From NCBI GenBank assembly GCA_963976735.1, contig CAXBLZ010000005.1, forward strand, positions 2,559 through 66,558: DNA of 64,000 nt, written 5' to 3'. Position 1 is the stretch's first letter; each line of letters starts with the position of its first letter. The position numbers were made by a program, and so were the translations under genes. Below the pieces are notes generated by a model that saw only the letters and a list, made by a program, of their open reading frames with translations, did no database searches and was not told where the DNA came from. Positions 29,445 through 39,158 of this stretch are shown here, one piece after another. The stretch is from an uncultured Halioglobus sp. (GTDB taxonomy: Bacteria; Pseudomonadota; Gammaproteobacteria; Pseudomonadales; Halieaceae).

Positions 29445-29617
29445 TGAACCGAGTCCTCTGGTTGATTGGCGCGACGACAAGCGAGGATCATGCCGCAATG
29501 ATCGCAGACTATCCAGTGTGAGGGCGAATTCGCGGGTTGACGACAGCGCCTGGTGGTGGCTTGATACGAGGTTTGCAGATAATGGCAACAGAAACCCGCA
29601 ACGGGAGGAAATACACC

Positions 29618-31489
29618 ATGGCCAAGAAGACCTGGGATACGCTGATTCGAAACGCACTGGTGTTTGACGGTACCGGCACGGCACCGCAGCATGTGGATAT
29701 CGCCATAAAGGACGGGCGCATCGCCGCCCGGGGCAGCAAACTGCCTGCCACGCAGGCGTCCCGCGTGATCGACGGCGAGGGCCAGTGGTTGATGCCGGGC
29801 CTGCTGGATATCCACACCCACCTGGATCTCGAAGTTGATCTGGAACCCGGCCTGCCGGAGGTGGTGCGGCACGGCACCACCACGGTGCTGGTGGGCAACT
29901 GTAGCCTCGGCACCTGTTTTGGCCGCCAGCAAAGCGGCGAGCAAAACCCTATCGTCGATTGCTTCACCCGGGTCGAGAACATCCCCAAATCGGTGCTGCG
30001 ACAATGTGTCGAGGCGGTGGAGTGGGATAACACCGGCGATTACCTGGATCACTTTGAGAATATCCCGCTGGGCCCCAATGTCGGTGCGTTTATTCCCCAC
30101 TCCATGCTCAGGGTGGAGGCCATGGGCCTGCGCGACAGTGTCAGCCGCGAACCCACAGAGGCCGAGTTGATACGCATGGAGCAGTTGCTGGAAGAGGGTA
30201 TGGACCAGGGCTACCTCGGTATGAGTACCGATGGGCTGCCTTTTCACTACCTGGCCACTGAACCCTTCACCGACAAACGCATTCCCACCCAGTTTGCGAG
30301 TTTTGGCGAGATGAAGCGCCTGCTCAAGGTGGTGCGCAAGCACAACCGGGTGTGGCAGACCACACCCATCATCGAGAACCGCGCCAAGGCCTTCCTGTAC
30401 TTCCTCCTGTCCAGCGGTCGCCTGTTTGGTAAAACATTGAAAACCTCGGCGCTGTCAGCGATGGAGTTCGTTCTGATGCCCGGCGCCCATAAGGGCTTCC
30501 TCGGTTTTGCCGCGCTGGTAAACAGCCGCTTGCTGAAGGGAGACCTCCATTTCCAGGCACTGGGCACCAACTTCCGCATCTGGTCGGATGGCATTGTTTC
30601 GCCCCTGTACGAAGAGCTGGATTCCACCTGCGAACTGATTGCCCGTGAATACGATGATGTTGAAGGGCGCATGGCGCTGCTCAACAACCCGGATTTCGAG
30701 CGCCGTTTTCGCGCCGACTGGCACCACGGACGGCGCGGCCGCACGCTCGCCCACCTCAAATCAAAGTTGGGCATGCCTGACAATATCGTGATACGGGATT
30801 TGCGCCTGATGATTTTTGATGGTGCCCCGGTCGCGGACTGGGACGGCGAGAGTATGCAGGCCGTGTACGATCGCCTCGAGCGCTTTCAGTATGGCGCTGT
30901 CGGTGCCGCCCGGTCGGACGCCGAGCGCGAGGCGTTTGAGAAGTTTCCGCGCCCTATTCGCGACGACGCCGATTTTATGCTGCACATGATGCGTACCTAC
31001 GACAAATCCTTCCGCTTCTGGGTGGATGTCGGCAATGAGGGCAATCGCAACACGCTGGATATCCTGTTGTACAAGCACGCCATGCCAGGTTTCAACGATT
31101 CCGGGGCGCACATTACCAATATGGCCTTTTTCGACGCCAACCTGATGTCATTGAAACTGGCGCAGGCAAAATCGCTGGACACCGTGAGCACCATCGTTAA
31201 GCGATTGACGCGTGAGCCGGCAGAGTTTTTCGGGCTGGATGTGGGTAGTCTGGAGATCGGCGCACAGGCGGATATCGTGCTGGTGGATCCAGAGGCACTG
31301 AAAACCTGGGATACCAATGATCACCGCGTATTCGAATACCGCGAACTGTTCAAGCACAAGCAGATGTTCAATCGCTCTGAAGGGGTGGTGAAAGTCGTGC
31401 TGATCAACGGCGAGCCAGTCTGGCAGAATGGCGAGGCGACCGAGGCGCTGGGTAGCCAACGGCTCGGCCGGGCGTTGCGCGCGGCGTGA
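29618..31489 (+). CDS. Amidohydrolase, N-acyl-D-amino-acid deacylase family
   Basis: DIAIKDGRI, PGLLDIHTHLD (HxH), SDS-like NDSGAH, GAQADIVL. ATG 29618 follows GGGAGG. Confidence 0.9.
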   Translation: MAKKTWDTLIRNALVFDGTGTAPQHVDIAIKDGRIAARGSKLPATQASRVIDGEGQWLMPGLLDIHTHLDLEVDLEPGLPEVVRHGTTTVLVGNCSLGTCFGRQQSGEQNPIVDCFTRVENIPKSVLRQCVEAVEWDNTGDYLDHFENIPLGPNVGAFIPHSMLRVEAMGLRDSVSREPTEAELIRMEQLLEEGMDQGYLGMSTDGLPFHYLATEPFTDKRIPTQFASFGEMKRLLKVVRKHNRVWQTTPIIENRAKAFLYFLLSSGRLFGKTLKTSALSAMEFVLMPGAHKGFLGFAALVNSRLLKGDLHFQALGTNFRIWSDGIVSPLYEELDSTCELIAREYDDVEGRMALLNNPDFERRFRADWHHGRRGRTLAHLKSKLGMPDNIVIRDLRLMIFDGAPVADWDGESMQAVYDRLERFQYGAVGAARSDAEREAFEKFPRPIRDDADFMLHMMRTYDKSFRFWVDVGNEGNRNTLDILLYKHAMPGFNDSGAHITNMAFFDANLMSLKLAQAKSLDTVSTIVKRLTREPAEFFGLDVGSLEIGAQADIVLVDPEALKTWDTNDHRVFEYRELFKHKQMFNRSEGVVKVVLINGEPVWQNGEATEALGSQRLGRALRAA

Positions 31490-31509
31490 CCATGTCGCGC
31501 GCCGATGGG

Positions 31510-32070
31510 TCAGGGCGCGCGTTTTTTGGTCAGCAAGCGGAATAGCCAGAAGCCGAGGCCGACGGCAGCCATTGCGCCGAACACGCCCATTTCGTAGTGT
31601 TTCAGGTTGCCCAGCATGGCTTCAATGGCATAGCCGAACGAGTAGCCCAGGCTGCCGATCGCGATAGCCCAGACGCCGGCGCCTATCATGTTCAGCACAA
31701 AGAACCGTGCGGGTGACACTTTCGCCGCGCCCAGCAAAAACGGCGTTACGGAACGCAATCCATACAGGAACCTGAACCCGAGGATCAGCCCCGTCTGGTG
31801 TTTGTCCATCATAGCGAGCACCTTCCCCGCTTTCGCCTGCCAGTGCGGGCGTTTCTGCAGCATCTTCTCGCCGTTCTTGCGGCCGATATAGAAAAAGGCC
31901 TGATCTCCGACAAAGCTGCCGAGAAAGGCACATACGATTACCCAGGGTAGCTCGAGATAGCCACGATGAGCGGCAAAACCGCCCAATACCAGAATCGTTT
32001 CTCCTTCGAGAAAGGTGCCTATAGCAATAGCGAAATAGCCATAGTTGGCTACCAGTTCTTCCAGTGACAT
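31510..32070 (-). CDS. DedA family membrane protein
   Basis: FLEGETIL, GDQAFFYIGR, RFLYGLR, F..LN..GA..W. Confidence 0.93.
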   Translation of the reverse strand: MSLEELVANYGYFAIAIGTFLEGETILVLGGFAAHRGYLELPWVIVCAFLGSFVGDQAFFYIGRKNGEKMLQKRPHWQAKAGKVLAMMDKHQTGLILGFRFLYGLRSVTPFLLGAAKVSPARFFVLNMIGAGVWAIAIGSLGYSFGYAIEAMLGNLKHYEMGVFGAMAAVGLGFWLFRLLTKKRAP

Positions 32071-32110
32071 GAATTCCTAGTCCACCGTATCGTATTCGTT
32101 CTGTGTCAGG

Positions 32111-32464
32111 CTAAAGCTGTGCATCTGGCGTCTGCTTCTCCCGCCCCTGCCAGTATGACCCGAGAATGCCGATGAACCAGCACCCGATCAACACCATTGT
32201 CGCCAGATTAGTGGACCCTTCCGTTGCCTGCAATTGCTGTGTTATCAGTTGTGAGATAACAGCGGTATCGGCGGCCACCTCACCGCTTTCGATCTTGCCG
32301 GCTATATCCAGCGCAGTGTTCAGGACGACAGATATGATGACGTACAGCGCCCACGCAGCGGCACCTGTCAGCACTGCGCCTTCAACCCACCGTTTCAAAT
32401 AAAAATGTCCGGCACCTGGGAAAACCAGCGCGGATAACAGTATTGCCTTGGTTGATCTTTTCAC
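32111..32464 (-). CDS. Conserved-looking hypothetical membrane protein
   Basis: AILLSALVFPGAGHFYL pattern with 2-3 TM helices. GTG follows GGAGG. Confidence 0.75.
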   Translation of the reverse strand: MKRSTKAILLSALVFPGAGHFYLKRWVEGAVLTGAAAWALYVIISVVLNTALDIAGKIESGEVAADTAVISQLITQQLQATEGSTNLATMVLIGCWFIGILGSYWQGREKQTPDAQL

Positions 32465-32569
32465 GGGCTACCTCCGATAAGGTGCCGGGTGATGCCAGGT
32501 GCGTGCGTTTCTGGCGCTGCACAGCAGGCAAGCCTGCTGCTGCGTGTGTGCGATGAACGCGGCGACCGT

Positions 32570-32842
32570 TCAGGCATTGTACAGCGTGAAAATTCCAATA
32601 CCGATAAATCCGACACCTGCTATGTAGTGCAGGTATTTGGTATTGATGTATTCCGCGAGCAGGCTGCCAGCCAGCACGCCGATGGCTGAGGCTACCACCA
32701 GGGCGGCGGCTGCGGCCAGAAATACCGTGTACTTGCTCACCTCTTTATCCGCGGCGAACAGCATGGTAGCCAGCTGTGTTTTGTCGCCCAACTCGGCGAT
32801 GAAGACAGAGGCAAATATCGTCAGAAAGATCTTCCAGTCCAT
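32570..32842 (-). CDS. UPF0016/TMEM165/GDT1-family half-size cation transporter
   Basis: IAELGDKTQLAT signature, 3 TM helices, 90 aa. Confidence 0.92.
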   Translation of the reverse strand: MDWKIFLTIFASVFIAELGDKTQLATMLFAADKEVSKYTVFLAAAAALVVASAIGVLAGSLLAEYINTKYLHYIAGVGFIGIGIFTLYNA

Positions 32843-33008
32843 TAACAATGGCTCCCTAAAGCAGGTGCAGGCTCATACTCAGGCCCCACGGGTCGATTCG
32901 CATGCACAGGTTGCGAGGAGTTTACGCATTCGCGCGCCCAAGCTCTATCCAAATTTGGTGTGCGCACGTGCTGTTGAACATGGCCGCCTGATGGATGACA
33001 GCGCCATG

Positions 33009-33067
33009 CCACACCCCGGTGTAAAGCGGGATGATCAGCTGCGCTGCGATCACCCCGCTCGGTGTGG
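33009..33067 (-). terminator. Large stem-loop right after the GH64-like gene stop
   Basis: On the minus strand: CCACACC..GCGGGGTGATC-11 nt-GATCATCCCGC-TTT..GGTGTGG. An 11-bp stem with one G-U pair, followed by TTT, inside an outer 7-bp stem. Confidence 0.55.
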
Positions 33068-35518
33068 TTACTGGTGCGAGGGGAATTTGATCTCGAAATG
33101 CCTGTAGTACGGCTTCGGTGCAAATGGCGTTCCGATGGTGAGCGGGTAGTCGGGTCCCAGCGCGTACGGGGGTGCCCCCGGAGGCCCGGCCTGAGTCAGT
33201 GGCTTCAGGTTGTACTCCAGCTGGTACGGCGCCCCCACATTGAAGTGCCCGGCGCTTGCATCTTCCAGCGTGACAAAGTAGGTGCCCTGGTAAACGATCG
33301 TGCTGTCGGCGTCGAGTATGCTCAGGTTAAGCGTGTTTGTCCCGATGACGCCTGTCACACTGGCATCGTCATTGAAATCGACGGCTTCACCGTTTAACAC
33401 GTAACTCATGGAACTGAAGTTTGGCGTCAACCCCAGGCTCACCTTGAATGTCGGTGACTCTGACGTCGCTGTGTCACTGTCAGCATGGGTGGCCGCGGGA
33501 TCAGCGTGTGTCACTCCCTGAACCGGGAGCACCGCAGATTCTATGGCCTGGCCACTTCTGCTGCCGGTGGCCTTCACGGATACGAGGTAGGAGGTCCCCG
33601 GCGTCAGGCCGGTGACCGAATGGGTCTGCATGGCTTTGTCCTGCACGCCAACAGGCGCTGGATTCTGCGCGGGTTTGGGGCTGAGTTCGATGCTGTAACC
33701 CCTGGCACCGGCGACTTTCGGCCACGCCAGGTCCAGTTTGTTCTTGTCCGCCCCCGTGACACTGACCAGCGGTGTGTCGAGTCGGTGATCATTGAGCAAC
33801 GTGATGCGAACCGTGTCCCCGGCCTGCAGCGAGTAGAGCGGGCTGGCCGCTGCCAGACGATCGCTGTAGGGGTGTCCGTATGCGTCGGACAGGTAGTAGA
33901 AAACACCGGCGTAGGGGTTGTAGAAGCCATCATTTTTTACCCGGGCGCCGCTGTAGGGATAGGCGTAAGGCAACAGGACACTGGTGTAATAGTCGTCGAT
34001 ATCCTGCTCCTTCTTGGGATGCGCAGTACTGGCGTCGAAGCGCCCCCCCAGATAGCCGAAGTTCAGCGCCGCCTGTATATCCCCGACGATGGCGCCGTAG
34101 GGGCTGGCGTTGGCCAGTTTCACCTTGTCTTCCGCTGTGCTGTCCTTGGTATCGACAAACGGGAACCCCTCGATACTGTATGACGACTTGTTGGCAACCG
34201 TCGCGTAGATGAAAAAGTCCAGCTGGTCTTTCGGCAGGTGGAGGGTCACGGCGGCGTTCGCCGGGAGCGGCGACGCAGGATGGGTGGTTGTTTTACCGGT
34301 GCAGTGCACGATGTAGCCGCCGTCTGTGTGGCGCTCGAACTTCGCCTTGTACTCATAGCCGCCATACTGTGCACCGTTGAGAGCATACGTTTTGCCGACC
34401 AGGCTCTCAAGGTAACCGTGAGGGCCGCCGAAACTGGGGTAGGGCGCGGATGATCCGCTGGCGGCTGCGGCAGCGATGGTGTTGGGTGACAGCGCGCGGG
34501 CAAACGTGGACAGGTCAAACGGATCGCGCACAGGGAACTGGAACTCGCCGCCCGAGAGGTTTTTGAACGCGGGGCCCATGCGGTTGGGGGCCAATTTCCT
34601 GAGTGTTTTCAGGATTGTGGGTGTGGAGGCATAGATGCTTTTGGTCTGCAGTGGGTCTGGCGTGTCTTCACCCCAGTGTATGACTTCCACCTGCAGCGGC
34701 ATCGAGAAAAAGTCGATAGCCGTAAGGTTTCCCCCGCCACTTTTATTGCTGCTCAGGTATGTGATCTCAAGCTTGTCATAACGATAATTCTCCGCTGCAG
34801 TCGGCCCTTTGCCGTCGACGATGGAGGCGGGTGTCCCATACGAGAAAGTGAGCCGTCCTGAATTCACATCATCCACCGTAAACGAGTAGATCGGCAGCAC
34901 CTTGCCGGTATAAGGCGATGTCAGTGTGGGCTGGTTACCTTGCCCTTTTGGCCAGAGCGAACTTAGTGCCGCGCCGGAGGCATTCGCTGATGCACTGCCG
35001 GAGCTTGTTAACAGGTCAATCCCCGTCGCACTGCCCGATGGCTTGGGCGTATCGAACAGAACAAACATATTCGAGTCGCCACCCGCGTTTTCGGTGTCGT
35101 TTACCAGTTCCACCTGCACATTATTGGGCGGGCCGGATGCTGCAGCGAGGACTTGTGTCGTAGCGTTCTGCCGAACGTCAACCGCAGTGTCCGCGAGCGC
35201 AATTTGTCGCCCGGTTCCCAGTCGGTATTCGATCCGTATCCGCACCACGTTGAGCGGAACGTTCTCCAGCGTGTGCTCGTCGGCGTAGGGCAAACGCAAC
35301 GGGCCGTAGACGATATCGCCCGCGCTGTCGATGCCGCTGATGAACGAAAACAGAGTGTGATCACCCTCCTGCGGCTCAATATTGTCCAGCGTATGGGCAA
35401 TCTGCAGTGAGCCTGCCTGGGATGAACTGCTATCCCCGTCGCTGCACCCCGCTCCGATCACAAGCAGCAGTAACAGCACGGTGGTGGTCAGGCGGCGTCT
35501 AGGGATTATTATGTTCAA
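33068..35518 (-). CDS. Putative lipoprotein with GH64 (beta-1,3-glucanase)-like domain and FN3 domain
   Basis: TTG start after GAGG; RRR + hydrophobic + AGC signal. Motifs SGRLTFSYG, DKLEITY, NLTAIDFFSMP, YNPYA...DAYGHPYSD. FN3 segment LAWPKVAGARGY...GLTPGTSYLVSVKA. Confidence 0.7.
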   Translation of the reverse strand: MNIIIPRRRLTTTVLLLLLVIGAGCSDGDSSSSQAGSLQIAHTLDNIEPQEGDHTLFSFISGIDSAGDIVYGPLRLPYADEHTLENVPLNVVRIRIEYRLGTGRQIALADTAVDVRQNATTQVLAAASGPPNNVQVELVNDTENAGGDSNMFVLFDTPKPSGSATGIDLLTSSGSASANASGAALSSLWPKGQGNQPTLTSPYTGKVLPIYSFTVDDVNSGRLTFSYGTPASIVDGKGPTAAENYRYDKLEITYLSSNKSGGGNLTAIDFFSMPLQVEVIHWGEDTPDPLQTKSIYASTPTILKTLRKLAPNRMGPAFKNLSGGEFQFPVRDPFDLSTFARALSPNTIAAAAASGSSAPYPSFGGPHGYLESLVGKTYALNGAQYGGYEYKAKFERHTDGGYIVHCTGKTTTHPASPLPANAAVTLHLPKDQLDFFIYATVANKSSYSIEGFPFVDTKDSTAEDKVKLANASPYGAIVGDIQAALNFGYLGGRFDASTAHPKKEQDIDDYYTSVLLPYAYPYSGARVKNDGFYNPYAGVFYYLSDAYGHPYSDRLAAASPLYSLQAGDTVRITLLNDHRLDTPLVSVTGADKNKLDLAWPKVAGARGYSIELSPKPAQNPAPVGVQDKAMQTHSVTGLTPGTSYLVSVKATGSRSGQAIESAVLPVQGVTHADPAATHADSDTATSESPTFKVSLGLTPNFSSMSYVLNGEAVDFNDDASVTGVIGTNTLNLSILDADSTIVYQGTYFVTLEDASAGHFNVGAPYQLEYNLKPLTQAGPPGAPPYALGPDYPLTIGTPFAPKPYYRHFEIKFPSHQ

Positions 35519-35718
35519 GGTGTGCCTCTTGATCGTCTGGAATACATGCAGCCGGCAGCACTGATGCTGTCATTGTTTTAGCACCGCATGATAGGGCAAG
35601 ATGTCACTTCAGCGAAGAGATGCGGCGATACTGTCAGTGAACTTGCCCACACAATGGTTAAAAAAGTGCCTGTATCCCGCGCCGGTGTGCAATTCAGCAC
35701 AAATATGAGTAGCGCGTC

Positions 35719-36024
35719 GTGAGAATGGTATTCACCCACAGCAACCGCTTTATCGTCGCAAATGCGAAGAACATTCTCGAGTCCTATGATGTCAATGTCG
35801 TTGTCAAAAACGAGTACGCCTCAAGTGCGATTGGTGAAGTGTCGCCGTTTGATACCTGGGTTGAACTGTGGGTGGTCAGGGATATGGATTACGACAGGGC
35901 CTGCAGGATTCTTGAAAGTGCTGTCAGTGACGAGAACGCCGCGCCGTGGGTTTGTAAGCGCTGTCAGGAGGAAAACGATGAGTCGTTTGACCTGTGCTGG
36001 AACTGTGGCGCGGGGCATGTGTGA
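35719..36024 (+). CDS. DUF2007 protein with C-terminal RanBP2-type zinc finger
   Basis: V.VKNEYASSAIGEV..FDTWVELWV and WVCKRCQEENDESFDLCWNCG. Confidence 0.88.
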   Translation: MRMVFTHSNRFIVANAKNILESYDVNVVVKNEYASSAIGEVSPFDTWVELWVVRDMDYDRACRILESAVSDENAAPWVCKRCQEENDESFDLCWNCGAGHV

Positions 36025-36079
36025 CCCGTGCTTGGGTGCGCAGTGAAATCGGGAAAGCGGATGTGGGGATTGTGGTGAC

Positions 36080-36307
36080 ATGCGAGGCTTTCTGTTCCCG
36101 GTGGTATTTTGGCTGGCTGTACTTTTTGCAATAGGCAGTTCAATGCAATACTGGCTTTCAAGTCAGCAGGAAAAATGCCAGAGATACTGCGCCAGCGAAG
36201 GCAAGAAAAGCCATTACCAGCCACCGCGGGCCCGAAAAGGCGTGAGATCCCCCGCAAAGGGATACTCACGCCCCGATGATTGCGAATGCAGGGAAGCCGC
36301 CCGCTGA
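36080..36307 (+). CDS. Small membrane-anchored or secreted Cys-containing protein
   Basis: 75 aa with N-terminal hydrophobic helix and CxxxC...CxC. GGGGA upstream. Fills the gap and stops 3 bp from the convergent atuF stop. Confidence 0.55.
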   Translation: MRGFLFPVVFWLAVLFAIGSSMQYWLSSQQEKCQRYCASEGKKSHYQPPRARKGVRSPAKGYSRPDDCECREAAR

Positions 36308-36310
36308 GCA

Positions 36311-38302
36311 TTACTGTGCGACAGTGATCTCGATCAACAGGTCGTCGGCCGCAACCTGTGTACCCGCCATTGCCATCACCGATGCCACTTCACCAGTGGC
36401 ATCGGCGACGATTTCATAGTGCATTTTCATCGCCTCGAGGACTGCCAGGGTCTGCCCCGCCTCGACCGTATCTCCACTGGCTACATGCACTTCGAGTAGC
36501 AGGCCGTGCATCGGCGCGACAATTCTGCCACTGCCGCCAGCCTGGTCCTGCACACCATCGAGGCGAATCATGTCGCGGTATTGTGCCGCGCGACCGCCGA
36601 TCGACAGGTACAGTCGCCCTTCCTCGGGCAGGTGATAGCGTGCGATATGTTGCACTTCATCGATCGCCACGTGAGCGATACTGTCGGCCATTGAAAGCAG
36701 CTCGATTACGGCGGCGTTGTCGCCGTCGCGGACCAGGTAGCGAGCACGGCCCTGCGGTGTCACCGACAGGTCGTGAACTGTTTCACCGTGGCTATACTGC
36801 TTGCGCGAGACCAGTGCACCGGCACTGCTCCAGTCGCGCAGCGCCGGCGCCACGATCACGCTGCGGTCATACAGTTCACGGTGCTGTAGTGCGAGTTCCA
36901 GCACGGCGGCCACCGCGCTGTCGGTGAACGTCGGTTGCATGTCGGCGATTTCACCCGCGGCAAACTCCTCGGCGATAAAGGCGGTGGTGGCCTCGCCGGC
37001 GGCGAAACACTCTTTCTCCAGGCAGGCGACGAGGAAGTCACGGTTGTGGTGGGGGCCGAACAGCACCGTGTCCTTCAGCGCTTCAATCAGTCGCAGGCGG
37101 GCGATTTCCCGCGTCGGACCGCTGGCGATGATCTTGGCCACCATCGGGTCGTAGAAGGGCGAAATCAACTGCCCGCTACAAATGCCGCTATCTACCCGAA
37201 CGGCGGAACCGGTGGGTTCAGACCAAAGATCAACCGGCCCGGAGGTGGGCAGGAAGTCCTGGCTCGGGTCCTCGGTGTAGAGTCGCACCTCAATGGCGTG
37301 CCCAGTGAGGGTGACATCGTCCTGCGTGAAACCGAGAGATTCGCCCTGTGCGACCTGAAGCTGCAGTGCTACCAAATCCCGGCCGGTGATCAATTCCGTT
37401 ACAGGGTGCTCCACCTGCAAGCGGGTGTTCATCTCCAGGAAATAAAAGTCGCCGTGTTCATCGAGCAGGAATTCCACGGTGCCGGCGCCGCGATAATTGA
37501 TGCTGCGAGCCGCGGCGACTGCGGCCGCACCCATCTGTTCGCGCAGCGCGGGTGTCATCACCGGGCAGGGCGCTTCCTCCACTACCTTCTGGTGCCTGCG
37601 CTGCACCGAGCAGTCGCGCTCGCCCAGATGCACGAGGTTGCCGTGGCTGTCGCCAAATACCTGCACCTCGACATGGCGCGGGCGGACAATGGCTTTCTCG
37701 AGGATCAGGTCGCCGCTGCCGAACGCGGAGGTTGCCTCGGCGCGAGCCAGCTTGATCGCATTTGCCAACTCCTGCGCGTCGTCGACCAGACGCATGCCGC
37801 GGCCGCCGCCGCCAGCGGCCGCCTTGACCATCAGTGGCAATCCGATTTTTGCCCCCTCGCTCAGCAGTGTGGCATCGCTCTGGTTCTCGCCTTCGTACCC
37901 TGGCACGCAGGGCACGCCCGCTGCGATCATACGACGCTTGGCCTCAGCCTTGTTGCCCATCAGGTGGATTGCATCGGGGCGCGGGCCGATAAACACCAGC
38001 CCGGCATCCTCACAGGCGCGGGCAAAGTCGGCGTTTTCGCTGAGAAAGCCATAGCCGGGATGTATCGCCTGTGCGCCACTGGCACTGGCGGCGGCGAGGA
38101 TGTTCTCAACCACCAGATAGGATTCGTTGACCGGGCTGGGGCCGATGTGGACAGCCTCGTCGGCCATCAATACATGGGGTGCCCTGGCGTCGGCATCGGA
38201 GTAGACGGCGACGGTGCGGTAACCCTGCGCGCGCGCTGTGCGTATCACCCGGCAGGCGATCTCGCCGCGATTGGCCACCAGAATGCTGGTAAATCGTGTC
38301 AT
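36311..38302 (-). CDS. atuF: Geranyl-CoA carboxylase alpha subunit (biotin carboxylase + BCCP)
   Basis: ANRGEIACR, HPGYGFLSEN, ERDCSVQRRHQK, EMNTRLQVEH, EAMKM. Lies in the atuA operon. Confidence 0.88.
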   Translation of the reverse strand: MTRFTSILVANRGEIACRVIRTARAQGYRTVAVYSDADARAPHVLMADEAVHIGPSPVNESYLVVENILAAASASGAQAIHPGYGFLSENADFARACEDAGLVFIGPRPDAIHLMGNKAEAKRRMIAAGVPCVPGYEGENQSDATLLSEGAKIGLPLMVKAAAGGGGRGMRLVDDAQELANAIKLARAEATSAFGSGDLILEKAIVRPRHVEVQVFGDSHGNLVHLGERDCSVQRRHQKVVEEAPCPVMTPALREQMGAAAVAAARSINYRGAGTVEFLLDEHGDFYFLEMNTRLQVEHPVTELITGRDLVALQLQVAQGESLGFTQDDVTLTGHAIEVRLYTEDPSQDFLPTSGPVDLWSEPTGSAVRVDSGICSGQLISPFYDPMVAKIIASGPTREIARLRLIEALKDTVLFGPHHNRDFLVACLEKECFAAGEATTAFIAEEFAAGEIADMQPTFTDSAVAAVLELALQHRELYDRSVIVAPALRDWSSAGALVSRKQYSHGETVHDLSVTPQGRARYLVRDGDNAAVIELLSMADSIAHVAIDEVQHIARYHLPEEGRLYLSIGGRAAQYRDMIRLDGVQDQAGGSGRIVAPMHGLLLEVHVASGDTVEAGQTLAVLEAMKMHYEIVADATGEVASVMAMAGTQVAADDLLIEITVAQ

Positions 38303-38316
38303 TGTGTTCTCCACGC

Positions 38317-39126
38317 TTATTCGCTGGCCCATGTCGGTTTACGCTTCTCAACGAAGGCGGCTACACCCTCGCGGCCCTCGTCGCTGAGCATGCATTTGGC
38401 AAAGCCGCGCGCGGCAAAATCCAGCGCCTCCGACCGGGGGCGACGGGTGGCCTCGAACACGATGCTTTTGGTAACGGCATTGGCTCCCGGTGCGCACAGT
38501 GCAATTTGCGCCAGTACCTCGGCGCATTTGGCCTCCATGTCGGCGCTGTCCTCAGCCAGGATGTGGCCGATGCCGTACTGCACAGCTTCCTCACCCTTAA
38601 AGCGCGCACCGGTCAACATCAGGCGACGGGCCTGGGTAAGCCCGACCCGCTCGGTCACGAACGGGGCGATCTGCGCGGGTGGAATACCGAGGCTGGTTTC
38701 CGATAGGCGGAACCTGGCATCACGTGTCACCAGCGTGACGTCGCCGACACAGCACAACCCCAGTCCGCCGCCGATGGCCGCGCCTTCCACCAGCATGATG
38801 ACGGCCTGCGGCTGTTCGTTGAGCTTGATCATCAGGTCGCCAAAGGTGCGATTGCCGCGCGCGACGTCGTCCTCGTTCGGCTCGCCGCCCTGCGCGCCGG
38901 ATTTGAAGCCCTTGATATCCGCGCCAGCGCAAAAAATGCCGCCCTTGCCGCGCAGGATCAGTGTGCGCAGTGTCGGGTCCGCAGCGGCTGCATCCAGCAC
39001 CGCGTGGAGTTCATCGACCATCTCAGCCGACAGGGCGTTTTTGGCCTCGGGACGGTTGAGCCAGAGGGTCAGCACGCTGCCCTGTTTATCCAGTATCAGG
39101 TCTTTGGTTTGGGGTAGTGCGCTCAT
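38317..39126 (-). CDS. atuE: Enoyl-CoA hydratase (isohexenylglutaconyl-CoA hydratase-like)
   Basis: Crotonase motifs FCAGADI, AIGGGLGL, ETSLGIPPAQI. Sits between atuC and atuF. Confidence 0.82.
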   Translation of the reverse strand: MSALPQTKDLILDKQGSVLTLWLNRPEAKNALSAEMVDELHAVLDAAAADPTLRTLILRGKGGIFCAGADIKGFKSGAQGGEPNEDDVARGNRTFGDLMIKLNEQPQAVIMLVEGAAIGGGLGLCCVGDVTLVTRDARFRLSETSLGIPPAQIAPFVTERVGLTQARRLMLTGARFKGEEAVQYGIGHILAEDSADMEAKCAEVLAQIALCAPGANAVTKSIVFEATRRPRSEALDFAARGFAKCMLSDEGREGVAAFVEKRKPTWASE

Positions 39127-39158
39127 GTTGGTGTCTCCAGTTGTGCTGTATGCCGCGC

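Noticed and set aside
27681-29447. 588-aa plus-strand ORF
   Set aside because: Antisense shadow of selO.
32843-33008. yybP-ykoY riboswitch before the UPF0016 gene
   Set aside because: The conserved GGGGAGUA, CGUCA and GAGAC elements are not found on the coding strand.
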